64,000 nt of DNA from Klebsormidium nitens (GCA_000708835.1 DF237047.1:1-64000); one strand, 5' to 3'. Shown: positions 1 to 12,624, counted from the stretch's first letter. Numbers and translations: made by a program. Notes: generated from the sequence alone by a model not told the origin.

Positions 1-440
1 AATGAAATTGAAAATCTGGCTGAGAGCACTTACCAGGCAGGCGCCGCCCGCTTTCAGAGACTCGTTGCAAATGGAGTCCAACCCAGTGGCCTTGTTATTC
101 TGCAAGAGACGGAGCACACTGTCAATCTCATCTGACGAGATAGCACGCTCGCAGAACTCGGGGCCAACCTGGTTGTTGGGCTCCAAACTCACCATCTGTT
201 CAATCTCCTTTAGATGGTTTGAGTCAAAGCGCTGATCATTAGGATTGTGTCTACCTAGTGATGAGTGTAGGTCAAGGAGGATGTAATCTCATGAGGGTTA
301 AAAGTGACGTCTGAGCTGGAGGAGTTTGGATCAAGCTTAAGATTGAGCAGAGGAGTCTGATCTTTGCCTTTCTTACGGAGTTTCACGATTTCTTTGTAGA
401 AGTGTGAACGATCAGATACGAACAGTATCGAACGGTTCAT
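1..440 (-). mobile_element. Degenerate non-LTR retrotransposon (LINE) ORF2 fragment, linker just upstream of the RT core; 5'-truncated, continues off the left edge
   Basis: The minus frame ending at base 1 reads RFDSNHLKEIEQ...AISSDEIDSVLRLLQNNKATGLDSICNESLKAGGACLVSALSQIFNFI, matching the LINE motif I(S/T)xxEIxxxLxxLxxxKAxGxDxIxNExLK...LxxLFN. The upstream part (SHFYKEIVKLRK...PHEITSSLTYTH) is one frame off, with the break near 258-260. Confidence 0.8.
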
Positions 441-1232
441 TTGGGCCAGCCTCGGCCCAGGCCGAGTGGAATACTGATCGTCGCCCGCATTGCCGTGCGA
501 TGCTGTGCCCGCCCTACTGATACTGATCGGACGGCTTCAAGTTTTAGCTACCCTGCAGTTCGATTGCAAGCCTAGGGCCCCGATCGATTCAATTCTGCAC
601 CGGTACGGACCAATGCCCCGGGAACCGCTGATTCCTAGTTCGGCGCCCAACGCAGCCCAACGCACGCCGGAACGGCGTTCCCGGTGCAATGCCCCGGTCC
701 GTAGAGAACCGGTTCTAATACTTCAATAGGTACCTGCATGCGCTGGCAGAATATGAAGTCCGATCTTGGAACGCGAAAAGTTTGACCAGATCATAACCGG
801 CCCTGTCAGGCCTGACCAACGCCCCATACGTAGTCGGCAATTTTTGATCCGACTATTAGTGCCCCTCGGGGAAACTTGTTCACAGAGAGATTGCCTCGGA
901 CTGATGAGGTATTAAGCAACCGGGGGACAATTATTCACGGCTTACAGCCCGGGGCAAATACCTTCCCGGAACTTACGGAGGTTTCGAAATGACCAAGATG
1001 GTCACCATTCACAGTCATGGCCTGGTTGGTTTGCAACCGAATCTAGGCAATCCGTTCCAATTGCACTGAGTACCGCTCGAGAATTGCCCTGTCTGGCAAC
1101 CCTTGCAGAAAAGCGCAGGGAGAACACATTCGGAAACTTAAAGCGTCGTCCTTTGACAAGTTGTTTGGTGAGCCGCCTTTGTTCCCTCCTCACGACCTCC
1201 GCTTTTCCTCAACAAATATCTCGGGCGACACC

Positions 1233-2763
1233 ATGGCAGAATCAAGGGAGGAAAATGTGTACCTGGCAAAACTTGCAGAGCAGGCGGAGAGATATGATGA
1301 GATGGTTGAGGCCATGGAGAAGGTTGCGAAGACCGTCAGTGTAGAAGAACTTACGGTCGAGGAGAGGAATCTTCTTTCAGTTGCCTACAAGAATGTCATC
1401 GGGGCCAGGCGTGCTTCATGGAGAATTGTGTCCTCAATTGAGCAGAAGGAGGAGAGCAAAGGAAACGAGGACCATGTAAAGTTGATCAAGGAGTACAGGG
1501 CCAAAATTGAAAGCGAACTTTCACACATCTGTGAGGGGATCTTGAACCTGCTTGATGAACATCTGATCCCGTCATCAACAACTGGGGAGTCTAAGGTGTT
1601 CTACCTCAAGATGAAGGGTGATTACCACCGATACTTGGCCGAGTTCAAGACAGGCGCAGAGAGGAAAGAGGCTGCTGAGAGCACGCTTCTTGCCTACAAG
1701 TCTGCACAGGTGAGTATGGTGGTTTGGCTTGTATATACATCAATCCAATGTTTTTCTTCTCTGCTCCTTCTGCTTGCGAAATGAAAGTTGTATGCTGGTA
1801 CATCTAGTCATCTACTGCTTGTGATCCCAGTCCCTCATTTTCTGCTACAGACAGGCAACATTTGATGTCTCACCTTGGGATTATTGTCTATGTGTGCAGG
1901 AGATCGCTTTGGTTGACCTTGCCCCGACCCACCCCATCCGCCTTGGACTCGCCCTCAACTTCTCGGTCTTCTACTATGAGATTCTGAACTCCCCTGAAAG
2001 AGCATGCTCGCTGGCTAAGCAGGTAAGTTCTGTCATCATCTTAAGGAAACTTATACACTTTAGGGTTCTGTGCTTGCCTATCACTAGAGCAACGCTGGTA
2101 TGGACGATGATACCAGCTTCCGTGCAAGATGCATCAGTGGACCTTTGATTTCCCTGCAAAAGTGCATGTTGCAGCAGAATACACTCAAGAGTTTGCAAGG
2201 TTGCTCAGATGTGGCTGGGGAGCAAATCAGCAATAAGATGCTACCATCCACGTCTTAGGTAAATATACTGGGAGTTGTGCTCAAGCAAGGAGAAATACTG
2301 TGCTGCTTGGGATATTGTGCGTACTAAGCAAACCTTTTGCTGCAGGCGTTTGATGAGGCAATTGCTGAGCTGGACACCCTAGGGGAGGAGTCGTACAAGG
2401 ACAGCACTCTCATCATGCAATTGTTGAGGGACAACTTGACATTGTGGACATCAGATATGCAGGTAAGCGCGGATGGTTTGTGATTTGTTTTGAGCTTCCC
2501 AGTTAGGTTTCTATACAGTTTTGGATGAAGAGCAGCGAGATTGATGACATCGCTCGGAGGGCTTGCTGTTGTGCAGGCAATTGGGGATGTCTACCACAGG
2601 AATTGTTGCTGCCAAATGACTCCTGATCCTGAATTGTGTTTGCCAATGGGGTTCAGAACAAGAGTTATACTGATTGACCACCTCTTCCATGTCGCAGGAT
2701 GATCAAGGAGAGGAGGGGAAGCAAGATGACGGCACAAAGGTGGAAGATGCCGACGAAAGTTGA
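1233..2763 (+). CDS. GRF: 14-3-3 protein, 4 exons (1233-1709, 1900-2022, 2346-2462, 2698-2763), 260 aa
   Basis: Diagnostic peptides [56 protein letters not shown] and [22 protein letters not shown]. All introns are GT-AG, phase 0, and the frame is continuous. Confidence 0.98.
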
Positions 2764-4999
2764 GGAAAGCATTGTAGTAGCTTCTATCATATGTTACAAT
2801 ATTGTCCGACAGTGTTAAGGCTAGGGGCTTGCACATCTGATGAAGGCAGATTTGCAAGCTCAAAGGGATGCTTTTGCTTCTGTGTTGGCAAAAGTTCACA
2901 GCAAGGTTTGGGGGTCAGAAGTCGTTGACTTGGGTTGTGTGCCAGGTCATGGAGTGACAGTGAAAAGCGTGGGTTGACCTGTTGGAAGCCTGGAAAAGTA
3001 CACTGTATTCAGCATGTTCAGAAACGTGTGACCCTGATATAATCTGACATTTATTGGTGGTCCTGCCAATGCCCTCAAGGTGATGAGATGTTTTGAGCTT
3101 GACGCATCAATCAGGCAGGCTCGCCTTGGGATTCAAGGTATTTGGCAATCTGTTACACCATGTCGGAGGCTGCACTGCGTAGATTTTCAACATGCAACCT
3201 GTTGGTTCAATATGGTCAATACAGTGCATCTCGATGTTTGGGTTGCCGTAACGGTGCAGTGGCATCAGACGTCTTGAGTTGGCACATATAGGACTATATG
3301 TACCCTCACATTTGCATGTTCCATTTGTCCAAATTGAGTTGACTTAGCTAGCTAGTTCCGTGGTTTTGTGCATGCATTCTGACTTCCGATCGCCCTGTCT
3401 AACTCCTTGCATGCAAGCTCTGATCGTCGGAAGGCGGTTTTCTATGCAATTCTATCTTATCCCTCATGTATACAGTATAAACGTTTTATTACGACAAGAA
3501 CTCCATGTATGCTGTACATGTTCATCAGCATAAAGCTAGCATCATCGTCATATCCTGTCTAGCTCTAGCTAGTCATGGCCTTTCACAAAAAAAGTTGGGC
3601 TAGCCGCACAATTCAATGCGGCCAGGGCCTACATAATCGACAATGGATACAATCATTAATCGGAATCAATTGCATCTACAGGGGCGGCCTCCTTTGTTTA
3701 TCTCAAATGCATGCAACACAGCTCAAGATATGACCTAATGATAGTCGATGTGCTCAGAAGTGCAGCTCTTCATTCTGTCCAATAGTTAGAGAGGCGGCCT
3801 CTTGCTGTAAGCGTCTTGCTGCTGTAAGTTGCAGGAACCCGTGTATGTATCAAAGCATGCGTCTAAGTTGGATCTTTGCAGACTCTTGCAACCCCGTCTG
3901 TTGCAGATTGAGACCCGAGTCCATGATGACGTTGGCAGCTACATCAATGGCAACTCCCATTTCTTTTGATTAACTGGAGTACACATTTTGACAAGTATTT
4001 CGAGTTGGACGATGCTCATTGAAAAAATGCTTTGGATACACACTCTCTGCTGGGAGTCTTGTGACAACGCCAAACTGCCAGTGGTAAGAGCGGTACAGCG
4101 AAAGGGGTGAGCTTTAAGCTTCCTTCAATGCCCCCTTGCTTTGCCGAGATTCTGCCTGTAGCAAAAAACGGATACGGCCTGTCTTGAATCAATCAGATTC
4201 GCACCTTCTGCAAACCCTTTCATAACAGCGTGGCGTGCATTCTTACAGGTTGAATCCATCTCATGCCGAATGTCCCACCGGTTGTGAGGGACGGGAAGAG
4301 CTGCGAGCAAAGGCAAAAGCTTGAAGGTCTCCTCTACGTTCTCGCAACAGCATTCCTCCAGACTCTGGGTCGAAAGCAGGGACGAGATGCAGATAATCAG
4401 GTCAAGCACACTTTTGCTTACCATTGCTTACCATTCTAGTCACAGGTTCCACTTAGGGTCACCAAAACGGGTGTCCGATGTGGACAGTTGTATAATACCC
4501 CTGCGAGACAAGCAGAGAATCCAATGAGGCAGGCAGAGGACGCACGTTCCTATTTATTGGAGGCTTCAGTGCTATGCTTCGCCCATAGCCTATGCCTCGG
4601 CCATAGCGTCTCTGACCAACAACGCAGTTGCAGACTGCCATCGTCCGGACCGTGTACCTGAGCATCCTCCGAGCTGTAAGCCGCTGCAAGAGAAATAACT
4701 GGCAGCATGAGCGTTGCACGGCCAGCACGCTCTCTCAGAAGCGTTGCCCCAGAGCATTACAAGGCTTCCAAGTCCATCGTTTCGGACAGCCTGACGGTCG
4801 ATTACCATGCACCTTTCACCGCTCTGTCTTATTTCCAACGACGATGGGGCTGCCCTCCCTCCTCCCAGCTTTTCGTCCTTTTGGGCCTTCCTTTAGATTT
4901 AGGGAGAATGATAGTTGGGAGTGCTCACGCACGAATCAAGTCGGCGCAGCATCAAGTAAGCAGGGACGGGAAGGCTGTCTCACCTGATGAGAAGGCGTC

Positions 5000-7326
5000 T
5001 CATTCTACATATGGGGGAGGGAAGTCTCCCTGATGCAACGAAGTCGGAGCTGGAGCGAAAGAGGCGCCGCCCGGTGGCTTCCTCTCAGACATCTGCACAT
5101 GGAAAGGCGTTTTATGCGACAGGAAAAAGACGCCCTCAGAACTTTCCAGTGCTGAAGATGCGAGACGTTACAGACCGCCATAGTTGTGTTGACGTCAAGC
5201 TAGTCGCCGTGACACGACGAGGGAGCTGCAACGTAGCTCTTGCCCACCTCTAGCCCGATTCCATCCTTGCACGATGGAATCTTCTTTTAGATTCGAAGGA
5301 GAGGAAGGGACAGGCAGGAAAGCGGTGAGAAGGGAGCACGGGATCACGAGCTACGCAGCTCAAAAGTGCAGGCCTCGATGAACTCCACATCGCATAGTGA
5401 CATTTCAAATTGGGCAATCGAAAGAGAGAGACGGGGAGGTCTTTTCAGCTCTTAAGTGTTTGCACCAACGGGGTGACTATACCAGGCTGACCTCAGAGTC
5501 GGCTCCTTTCAAGCAGGCTCTGGCCTAAACGAACCGGCGCACAGCTGGAAAAGAGGCAGCAAATCCCAGATGGTATCTCACAAGGCGTTCGTTTGTGACA
5601 TTCAAGAGTCAACGGTTCGAAACCAGTCAATGATTCAAGGGCTTTCTGATTTGAAGGACTGGAGTCTGCCCGGAACAGATTGGTGTAATATGGCGAAGGT
5701 TCATACTAAATCAACCGGCAACCGCAAGCATGCAACTTTTTTTGCATTACTGAAGGAGCAACCGTTTGAATTTAGGATGCGGGTTCTTGCTGACGGTGCA
5801 CGCTCGCTCAGAGATGGCTCTCCCACGACCTTGGAGCTTCGGCTTTCGCGGTGATATGCAGCGCTTGAAAGTGGCGGAAGCGAGCGCAACAGACAGAATT
5901 TGTCTCAGAGGCCTTGTTCTTCATCCCCACAGAAGTTTAAGGTCAGACAGCCCCCAGAAGAAGTGAAATAGAAGGCCATCCGGCATCTGATACAGGCTGA
6001 GGCCTGTCTGTTTAAAGCAAGAGAAAACATCTGCATCGCCCAAAGGGGACCAAAGCGCTTGCTGAAAGGGTAAAATTCTATTATTGGACGAGCTAATGCA
6101 ATAAAGGAAGGAGCAACAGGTGTTGCAGTCGTTCCTGATTCACAGACGACCAGCCGAGCTGAGAGGCTTGAGGGATGGCTCACATTGAACCTCAGCTTCC
6201 GGCTGAAGAACGAGACGTTGTTGGAGAAGAGCTCGATGGCATAGCGAGCAGTCTCAGGATCCTGAAACTCGGCGAAACCGAATCCGCGGTGGCGGTTCTC
6301 TTTGTCCTTGTCGCGGGGGATGTTGACGTCAACAAGGGGCCCTGCAAGGCCCGGGGCTATACATGTTGGAACACCAGGGTTTGCGGGACAGGAGAGGAGC
6401 TTGAAAAAGATTCGATTCAGGCCGTACCTTCCCGACAAGAACCGCAATCAGATCTGAAGCTTGGTTTGAGCATTGGCTGCTACTTGGAACAACTTTCACA
6501 GAGCGATGGAGTTGAAAAAGGATTCCACACTAGGAAGAGGTCACTGGTTGTACAGGAGTTACGTTGAAACACTAAGTCCAGATCGAAGGAAGTTTTCTAA
6601 CAAGCTCAAATCGGCAAAGTTTCAGACAGTCTGCAAAAACCAGGATTTACCCAAATATGAGATGAACTGGGTCAGGACTAATCGTAGGGAAGGTATGAGA
6701 GGTCACCTGCTTGGACCATCAATTCGTAGATTAGTCTGCAAGGAAGGCGGAACAACGTTGTCAGCTAAAGGAGGACAGAAGCGCCTTCCAGCTATGGCAG
6801 CCTACATATCAGCCATTTGATTGAGCCTGGGCGTTCTTGCACAAACCAAGGGCCGCCAGCTTGGTAGAGACTTTACTAAATCGTGACTATTCTGCGTCCT
6901 CTTCCACAGAGTCTCATTACACGAGTAAAGTCCAATGCACGGCACTTCAAGGTGGCCTAAGAGCACTTCAGTTGGTGAGTGCCCTCTTGCCGGGTCCCAA
7001 GCTCTTTCTTGCTGCAGCCTTTGAGGCTTGTCTAGAAGCAGCAACAGTCATTGATTCAAACGCACCTTTCATCAACACGCGGGTCCAAGTTTCCTGCAAA
7101 GCAGAATGCGTTGTGCACATTAGCACCCCCCAAAAAATGAAATGCATCACTCATTAAACATAAAGCCTCCACTGGCTCAGCACAGGTGCAAGCATAACTG
7201 ACTTTTACAAAGACCTGAAAAAGAACTGGAATGGGGTCGTCGTGTGCGTGCATTGCTGGTCGCATGCAGGAGGAGACTGTTGGATGCTGACAACTCACCA
7301 ATGAACACCGTGCTTTCTTTCCCCAT
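5000..7326 (-). CDS. RBM7: Single-RRM RNA-binding protein, RBM7/NEXT-complex-like; exons 7299-7326, 7066-7093, 6707-6735, 6184-6341 and probable last exon 5000-5092 (111 aa)
   Basis: The spliced product MGKESTVFIGNLDPRVDERLIYELMVQAGPLVDVNIPRDKDKENRHRGFGFAEFQDPETARYAIELFSNNVSFFSRKLRFN has RNP2 (VFIGNL) and RNP1 (RGFGFAEF). Three 28-29 nt exons join in frame. The last exon (MSERKPP...PYVE*) is less certain. Confidence 0.85.
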
Positions 7327-7597
7327 TATCTCACAAAAAACTCGCTCATTCAGTCGTCACTGAAATGAGGGTGTCAATATTTGCAGATGCGGAAAGGATG
7401 AGACTTTATCAGCGGTAGGAGCCCTTTTCTGATTCACGGAGAAAATCCTGCCCAACTACTTTGCTGACAGTTTCACAAGCTGTCTGCATGAAAGATTGGC
7501 CTCCAGAGCATCTAGTCAAGACGTTTACAGCCTCCCTCTCGTGTGGCATGTGTACCACAAACAGCTGCCCGAGCAAGTGCAGCTAACAATGGCCGGA

Positions 7598-8447
7598 NNN
7601 NNNNNNNNNNNNNNNNNNNNNNNNNNNNNNNNNNNNNNNNNNNNNNNNNNNNNNNNNNNNNNNNNNNNNNNNNNNNNNNNNNNNNNNNNNNNNNNNNNNN
7701 NNNNNNNNNNNNNNNNNNNNNNNNNNNNNNNNNNNNNNNNNNNNNNNNNNNNNNNNNNNNNNNNNNNNNNNNNNNNNNNNNNNNNNNNNNNNNNNNNNNN
7801 NNNNNNNNNNNNNNNNNNNNNNNNNNNNNNNNNNNNNNNNNNNNNNNNNNNNNNNNNNNNNNNNNNNNNNNNNNNNNNNNNNNNNNNNNNNNNNNNNNNN
7901 NNNNNNNNNNNNNNNNNNNNNNNNNNNNNNNNNNNNNNNNNNNNNNNNNNNNNNNNNNNNNNNNNNNNNNNNNNNNNNNNNNNNNNNNNNNNNNNNNNNN
8001 NNNNNNNNNNNNNNNNNNNNNNNNNNNNNNNNNNNNNNNNNNNNNNNNNNNNNNNNNNNNNNNNNNNNNNNNNNNNNNNNNNNNNNNNNNNNNNNNNNNN
8101 NNNNNNNNNNNNNNNNNNNNNNNNNNNNNNNNNNNNNNNNNNNNNNNNNNNNNNNNNNNNNNNNNNNNNNNNNNNNNNNNNNNNNNNNNNNNNNNNNNNN
8201 NNNNNNNNNNNNNNNNNNNNNNNNNNNNNNNNNNNNNNNNNNNNNNNNNNNNNNNNNNNNNNNNNNNNNNNNNNNNNNNNNNNNNNNNNNNNNNNNNNNN
8301 NNNNNNNNNNNNNNNNNNNNNNNNNNNNNNNNNNNNNNNNNNNNNNNNNNNNNNNNNNNNNNNNNNNNNNNNNNNNNNNNNNNNNNNNNNNNNNNNNNNN
8401 NNNNNNNNNNNNNNNNNNNNNNNNNNNNNNNNNNNNNNNNNNNNNNC
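7598..8447. other. Assembly gap (850 N)
   Basis: Run of n in the sequence. Confidence 1.
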
Positions 8448-9309
8448 CCCTAAGATCACCCACTGGTCTGGGAGTCAATTTGCTGGCCAGGCCGATGCAA
8501 AGAAAGACGTGTTAGTAGTACCTACTAATAGTACCCAAGCGCCTTTCATTGCAACCCAAACAAGCTGTAATTGGAGTTCTCTGCTCACTGTGAACAGCAT
8601 GTGGCATTGGTGAAACGAGGAAGAAAGGGCAATCCCTCTGGCTCCAAGGCAGATCGCTAACCATGAGGGTTACAGTGCGCAGTTTGTCTTACCGTTGCCG
8701 ATCGCGGGTCACCACGCCCCGGGAGTCGGGTCTCTGGAACCATTGCATGTGAGCCTGATACCAAGATTTAGCTGGGACCCGGTAGCCTTAGGGTCTGCCG
8801 GTTTTGCACCGACTGGAGCCGTTACTGTGGACCGTAGCTAGCCCGTTTCTATTAACCAGGGTTTCAGCTCTGCTGGCCACACCAGCAAGCTGTCCTGCTC
8901 GCACGATCTGTTGTGCTCAGCTGCCTTTCCTAAGTCCGACTTCTCAGGCGCTTCAGCTAGTTTTAAGTTTGGCCAGGACATCTAAGGGCGCCATTTTTGC
9001 CGCTGAACGGCTTTGATGCTCTCACGTTGTCTTGGCTCCCTTGATGTCGAAGCAGGGCACAAGAAAAGTGAGCGCCGACATTTACGATCGTTTGCTCCGG
9101 GTAGTTGATTCGAGTTGCAAATTATATCTGCTTTTGTCAGGCTTCAAATCTCTGTCATTGAAGTTGGTTGACGCTGAGCTTGCAGCAGAGCAGGATTGCT
9201 AGGTAAAGTCTGTGCAGAGCAGAAAGCAGTCTGTAAGTAAACGAGCACGGCTATCCAAGCCGGATTGCTTGGGCCCTAGAAGGCAGGGTAGAAATAGGAG
9301 TCAGGCACC

Positions 9310-10381
9310 ATGATGAACCATGACAAGATATTTCAGCTGGCCAAGGGTATGCGGGGCCGGGCCAAAAACTGCATAAGAGTAGCAAGGGAGAGGGTCGAAA
9401 AGGCGCTGCAGCATTCGTACAGGGATCGGAAGGAGAAGAAGCGGGAGATGAGGGGCCTGTGGATCCAGAGAATAAATGCTGGGACACGACAGCATGGGGT
9501 AAGTCAAACTTATGTGTTAAACGGATTTGACTGCTGTGTGAAACACTTTGCCTTGCTGACGCAATGGACTTACTTGTTTGAGTGCAGTTGCTAGGTCAAC
9601 ATGTGGAGGTTCAATGTGTGGAGCTCAGTTGCTGGTTACTTTGTCTGACGCACCGGGCTCAAATGCTGAGTGCAGCTTGTCCTGTTAACGCGTTGAAGTT
9701 TAGGAGTGAGTACTTCTTGTTGGGTTCTCGTCCTCGACTGTGTGGCTGACGCCACCATCTCCACTTTTGAATCGTTTCGACAAAAAAAAGATTAAGCTGG
9801 GACATGTGGGGTTAATAAGGGGGACAGGGGTGGGCATGGTCAGAGTCGGTGGGTTTTTGTGTTTTAGTTTTCAAGTCAGCTTTCTTACTATTGTCTAAGC
9901 GTCTCATAATTGTTGCAGGGAGTACCCTCTTTGCCGCAAGGGGGGTCTGACAGATGCTAGAGTTATAACTTCTCCGTAACATAAATTTGAGTAAATGATG
10001 CCAGCCCCTCATGAAGTGCTCAATATTCTGAAGGATCTGAATTTTCGCGACCGGAGCCTCTGAGAATGGAGTTTGTCAGTCTGTCTTCTTTTCAGTTAAA
10101 TGTGGTCAGCGTTCTCGGAGTAAGAGTTCATTGATCAGCCTCAGCCAGATCAGCCTAATTCCTTTTTTTCCGTTGAAAAGCGACCCCCTTGACGAGCCTT
10201 GTTTTGATCCGTCAATCTGCAGATGAAGTATAGCGACTTTGTGCACGGCTTGTCAACACAAAACGTCCAACTGAACCGGAAGGTGCTCTCAGAGCTGGCG
10301 ATGCACGAGCCCTACAGCTTTAAGTCCTTGGTTGAGGTGGCTAAGAAGCCAAACGAGATCAGGCATCACTCACAACTTTGA
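9310..10381 (+). CDS. RPL20: Organellar (mitochondrial-type) 50S ribosomal protein L20, 2 exons (9310-9498, 10223-10381)
   Basis: [53 protein letters not shown] joins at phase 0 to [10 protein letters not shown]...[21 protein letters not shown]. This is the bL20 signature in the short plant-mitochondrial form. Confidence 0.95.
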
Positions 10382-10541
10382 GGCAAAGGGCTCGTACTCT
10401 GGTGTCAGAGTCAGTGTCCCCTCAAATCATGTTGCTTCTTTAGATTCTTTGGATCAGTTGACTTGAACAGAGTCTAAGAGGTTGAATGGTCGAAGCTCGA
10501 CTCCTTCTAAGAAACAGAGTCTATGGAATGACAATCATATA

Positions 10542-10611
10542 GGTCAACTCATTGAATGTTGGTTGATCCTTCTTTTCGGTCAACTCATGCATTGAATGTC
10601 GGTTGATCCTT
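10542..10611. repeat. Two imperfect direct copies of a 30-34 bp unit (ggtcaactc..attgaatgtYggttgatcctt)
   Basis: Copies at 10542-10571 and about 10578-10611. Confidence 0.8.
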
Positions 10612-11523
10612 GTTGTCAATGGGTACTTGGTGGTTGTTGGGTGAAACTCAGAGGCCCCCTGGACATAGATTTTGCGGTCAAAAACAAGGGAGCCGAATAT
10701 TTGACCGGCGGACAGCAAAGATTGGAGGCATGTTCCTTTCAATGCTACACCTGCTTTAAGTGGCATTATATCAGCAACGCGACATCGTGTTCCAGGGGCG
10801 TTGGTGTCTTCGAGTACATAGCAATTTCGACGCGCCCAGCGCTTGGCGCGCTGTCCATGAAAGGCGCGTCTGGCTACGAAATAGGCGCAGCCATCTGAGC
10901 TGTTATCTGCTGTGCGCGCAGCGCTCCACGGTATTCAAGTTGAGTTGATCAGGTATTGTTATATAACGTATGGCGCGTTGAACCACACATGCAAGCTAGC
11001 TAGATCGACATATGCTGGGGTTCGATATTCAAAGTGCACGGGGGGCATGGTGTGCTTTCATAGCAGCGGCGGCCAGCTAGCTACTGCACATATGTGACTA
11101 TGGATGTGATCAATGCAGTATATGCATTCAATCAGAACGCGTACTAGTTATGTAAATTTAAGTATCATTGTAGCGCTCTGTATATATGCCAGCACTAAGC
11201 GTTGAACAATGATGTCGCGGCTGGTCAGACGGTCAGCTCCATGTTCTACAGCAATGCTCATCATTGCTAAGGATCCATGCGAACATCTGAGTTGATCGAC
11301 TCTTGAAAGGTTCGAAGTTTGTGCAGTGTGCACTTAGAGGATCGGTGGCACGGCTTGAACTGCAAGTTATTGCATTTGCACAGGTCCGACATCAGTTCGA
11401 CTTCAACGTGCTACTGACGCAAAGAAGGGACGACCAGAGATGCATTCATTATGGTTATTGCAAAGGGACGGCTCGAGCAAGCCTCCTGGCAGATCTCGAT
11501 ACAGGGGAACTAGAATTGGAAAC

Positions 11524-12624
11524 TCAAGTGGTGTGCTTTCCGTTCTCACTTTGAGGTGGACTTTGTTCTGTTAGTCTCTGTGTTTCGGGCAGGATGCACC
11601 AATTCGGAGACTGAGTGGCCCGCAACCACCTAAAATCGTCTACGTTAGCCCAGTCTCCTGAGTCTTTCAAAAGTCCTGCTTTATCCAAGTGCCCTTCTAG
11701 ACCATCATACTGAAAGGCATACGGAGCAAATCTGACAGCGCTCGTATGTTCGACAATAGGGCGACTCCGCACGCGAAGGTAGAAGTCTGTTTGTGACGTA
11801 TGGTGAACGCGGATCTGATGAGACGCCAGAACCAGGATACTATCGGACACTTCCTCAATGTGTACAGCCCCAGTGACAGGGCCGCTGAACACCCGGCAAT
11901 TTTTAACACGGTCGATGTAAAGTGCACGCAGCATCCCGACGAGATAGATCGAGCAGTCTTCCAAGTGAGAAAGTGTAAACTCTCCCTCCCTCACTTGCTC
12001 AACGACGGTCTCCCCTTTCTTGCTTCTTATCCCAGGCCCTCTTGAAACGTTTGTTCCTTGTTCTACCCCTTCCGTTCCTCCCTTTCCGTTCCCCATCCCA
12101 AAAGTCCGCTTTGCACCCCCATCTTCGTCTGTCAGGGGTTTACCCTTCGCAGTCGACTCCTTCTCCTTCTTCTTGGCGCCAAACGAGAACTTTCGTTTTG
12201 GGACAATCTTGGCGCGGAGCGCCTCCAATCGGCCCCGCATCTGAATCAGCGCCCCCTGCGAGGCCCTCACTTCGTACGAGGGTAGGAAGTACACGGCGTC
12301 CGACACCGACTTTTCTAAGCTCTGTATCTCCGCCGCTAGTTGGTCCAACTCTGACGTGGAGACCTCCCCCTCCCCCTGACCGCTCAACGATTCCAGCCGC
12401 TTCTCAACGTCCTCCATTTGATGCCCAAAGGAGTCCAGGAATTGCTGCACGGATTCCCCTGGAGCCGCCCCCTCCGCAACGTCGGTCCGCTTCTTAAGAG
12501 CTTCCTCTGTTCGCTGTGCAGCCTTGGCGGCAAGCCGCTCAAGCATGCTCGACTGTTTCCTAGCCAGAAGCTCATCGTCTTCGGGGGCCTCTGAAACATC
12601 CAGCCGGACGGGTGCGGGATCCAT
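11524..12624 (-). CDS. TBCC: Tubulin-folding cofactor C (PORCINO-like), single exon, 366 aa
   Basis: N-terminal helical region with LPSYEVR and PKRKFSF, then a C-CAP/cofactor-C domain: LEDCSIYL, GPVTGAVHIE, ASHQIRVH, DFYLRVRSRPIVE, VRFAPY, WANVDDFRWL..QSPNW. Confidence 0.96.
   Translation of the reverse strand: MDPAPVRLDVSEAPEDDELLARKQSSMLERLAAKAAQRTEEALKKRTDVAEGAAPGESVQQFLDSFGHQMEDVEKRLESLSGQGEGEVSTSELDQLAAEIQSLEKSVSDAVYFLPSYEVRASQGALIQMRGRLEALRAKIVPKRKFSFGAKKKEKESTAKGKPLTDEDGGAKRTFGMGNGKGGTEGVEQGTNVSRGPGIRSKKGETVVEQVREGEFTLSHLEDCSIYLVGMLRALYIDRVKNCRVFSGPVTGAVHIEEVSDSILVLASHQIRVHHTSQTDFYLRVRSRPIVEHTSAVRFAPYAFQYDGLEGHLDKAGLLKDSGDWANVDDFRWLRATQSPNWCILPETQRLTEQSPPQSENGKHTT

Noticed and set aside
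2577-2702. Alternative last-exon acceptor in 14-3-3 intron 3
   Set aside because: Only a TGCAG is present. The resulting tail is Cys-rich, not the acidic tail given by the 2698 acceptor.
5257-5288. 9-bp hairpin followed by a T-rich run resembling a bacterial terminator
   Set aside because: It lies inside a eukaryotic intron and is an isolated short stem expected by chance.
7496-8613. Long ORFs spanning the first gap (and 38609-39676 across the second)
   Set aside because: Artefacts of N runs that contain no stop codons.
9918-10062. Possible intronic snoRNA in RPL20 (ATGATG...CTGA boxes, 14-bp palindrome at 9959-9972)
   Set aside because: The C box is imperfect, there is no terminal stem, and I could not identify an rRNA-complementary guide. 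A snoscan or Infernal search would be needed.
11524-12624. Intronless TBCC as a retrocopy
   Set aside because: No poly(A) tail or target-site duplication, and the ORF is intact. To my recollection plant TBCC genes are intron-poor anyway.
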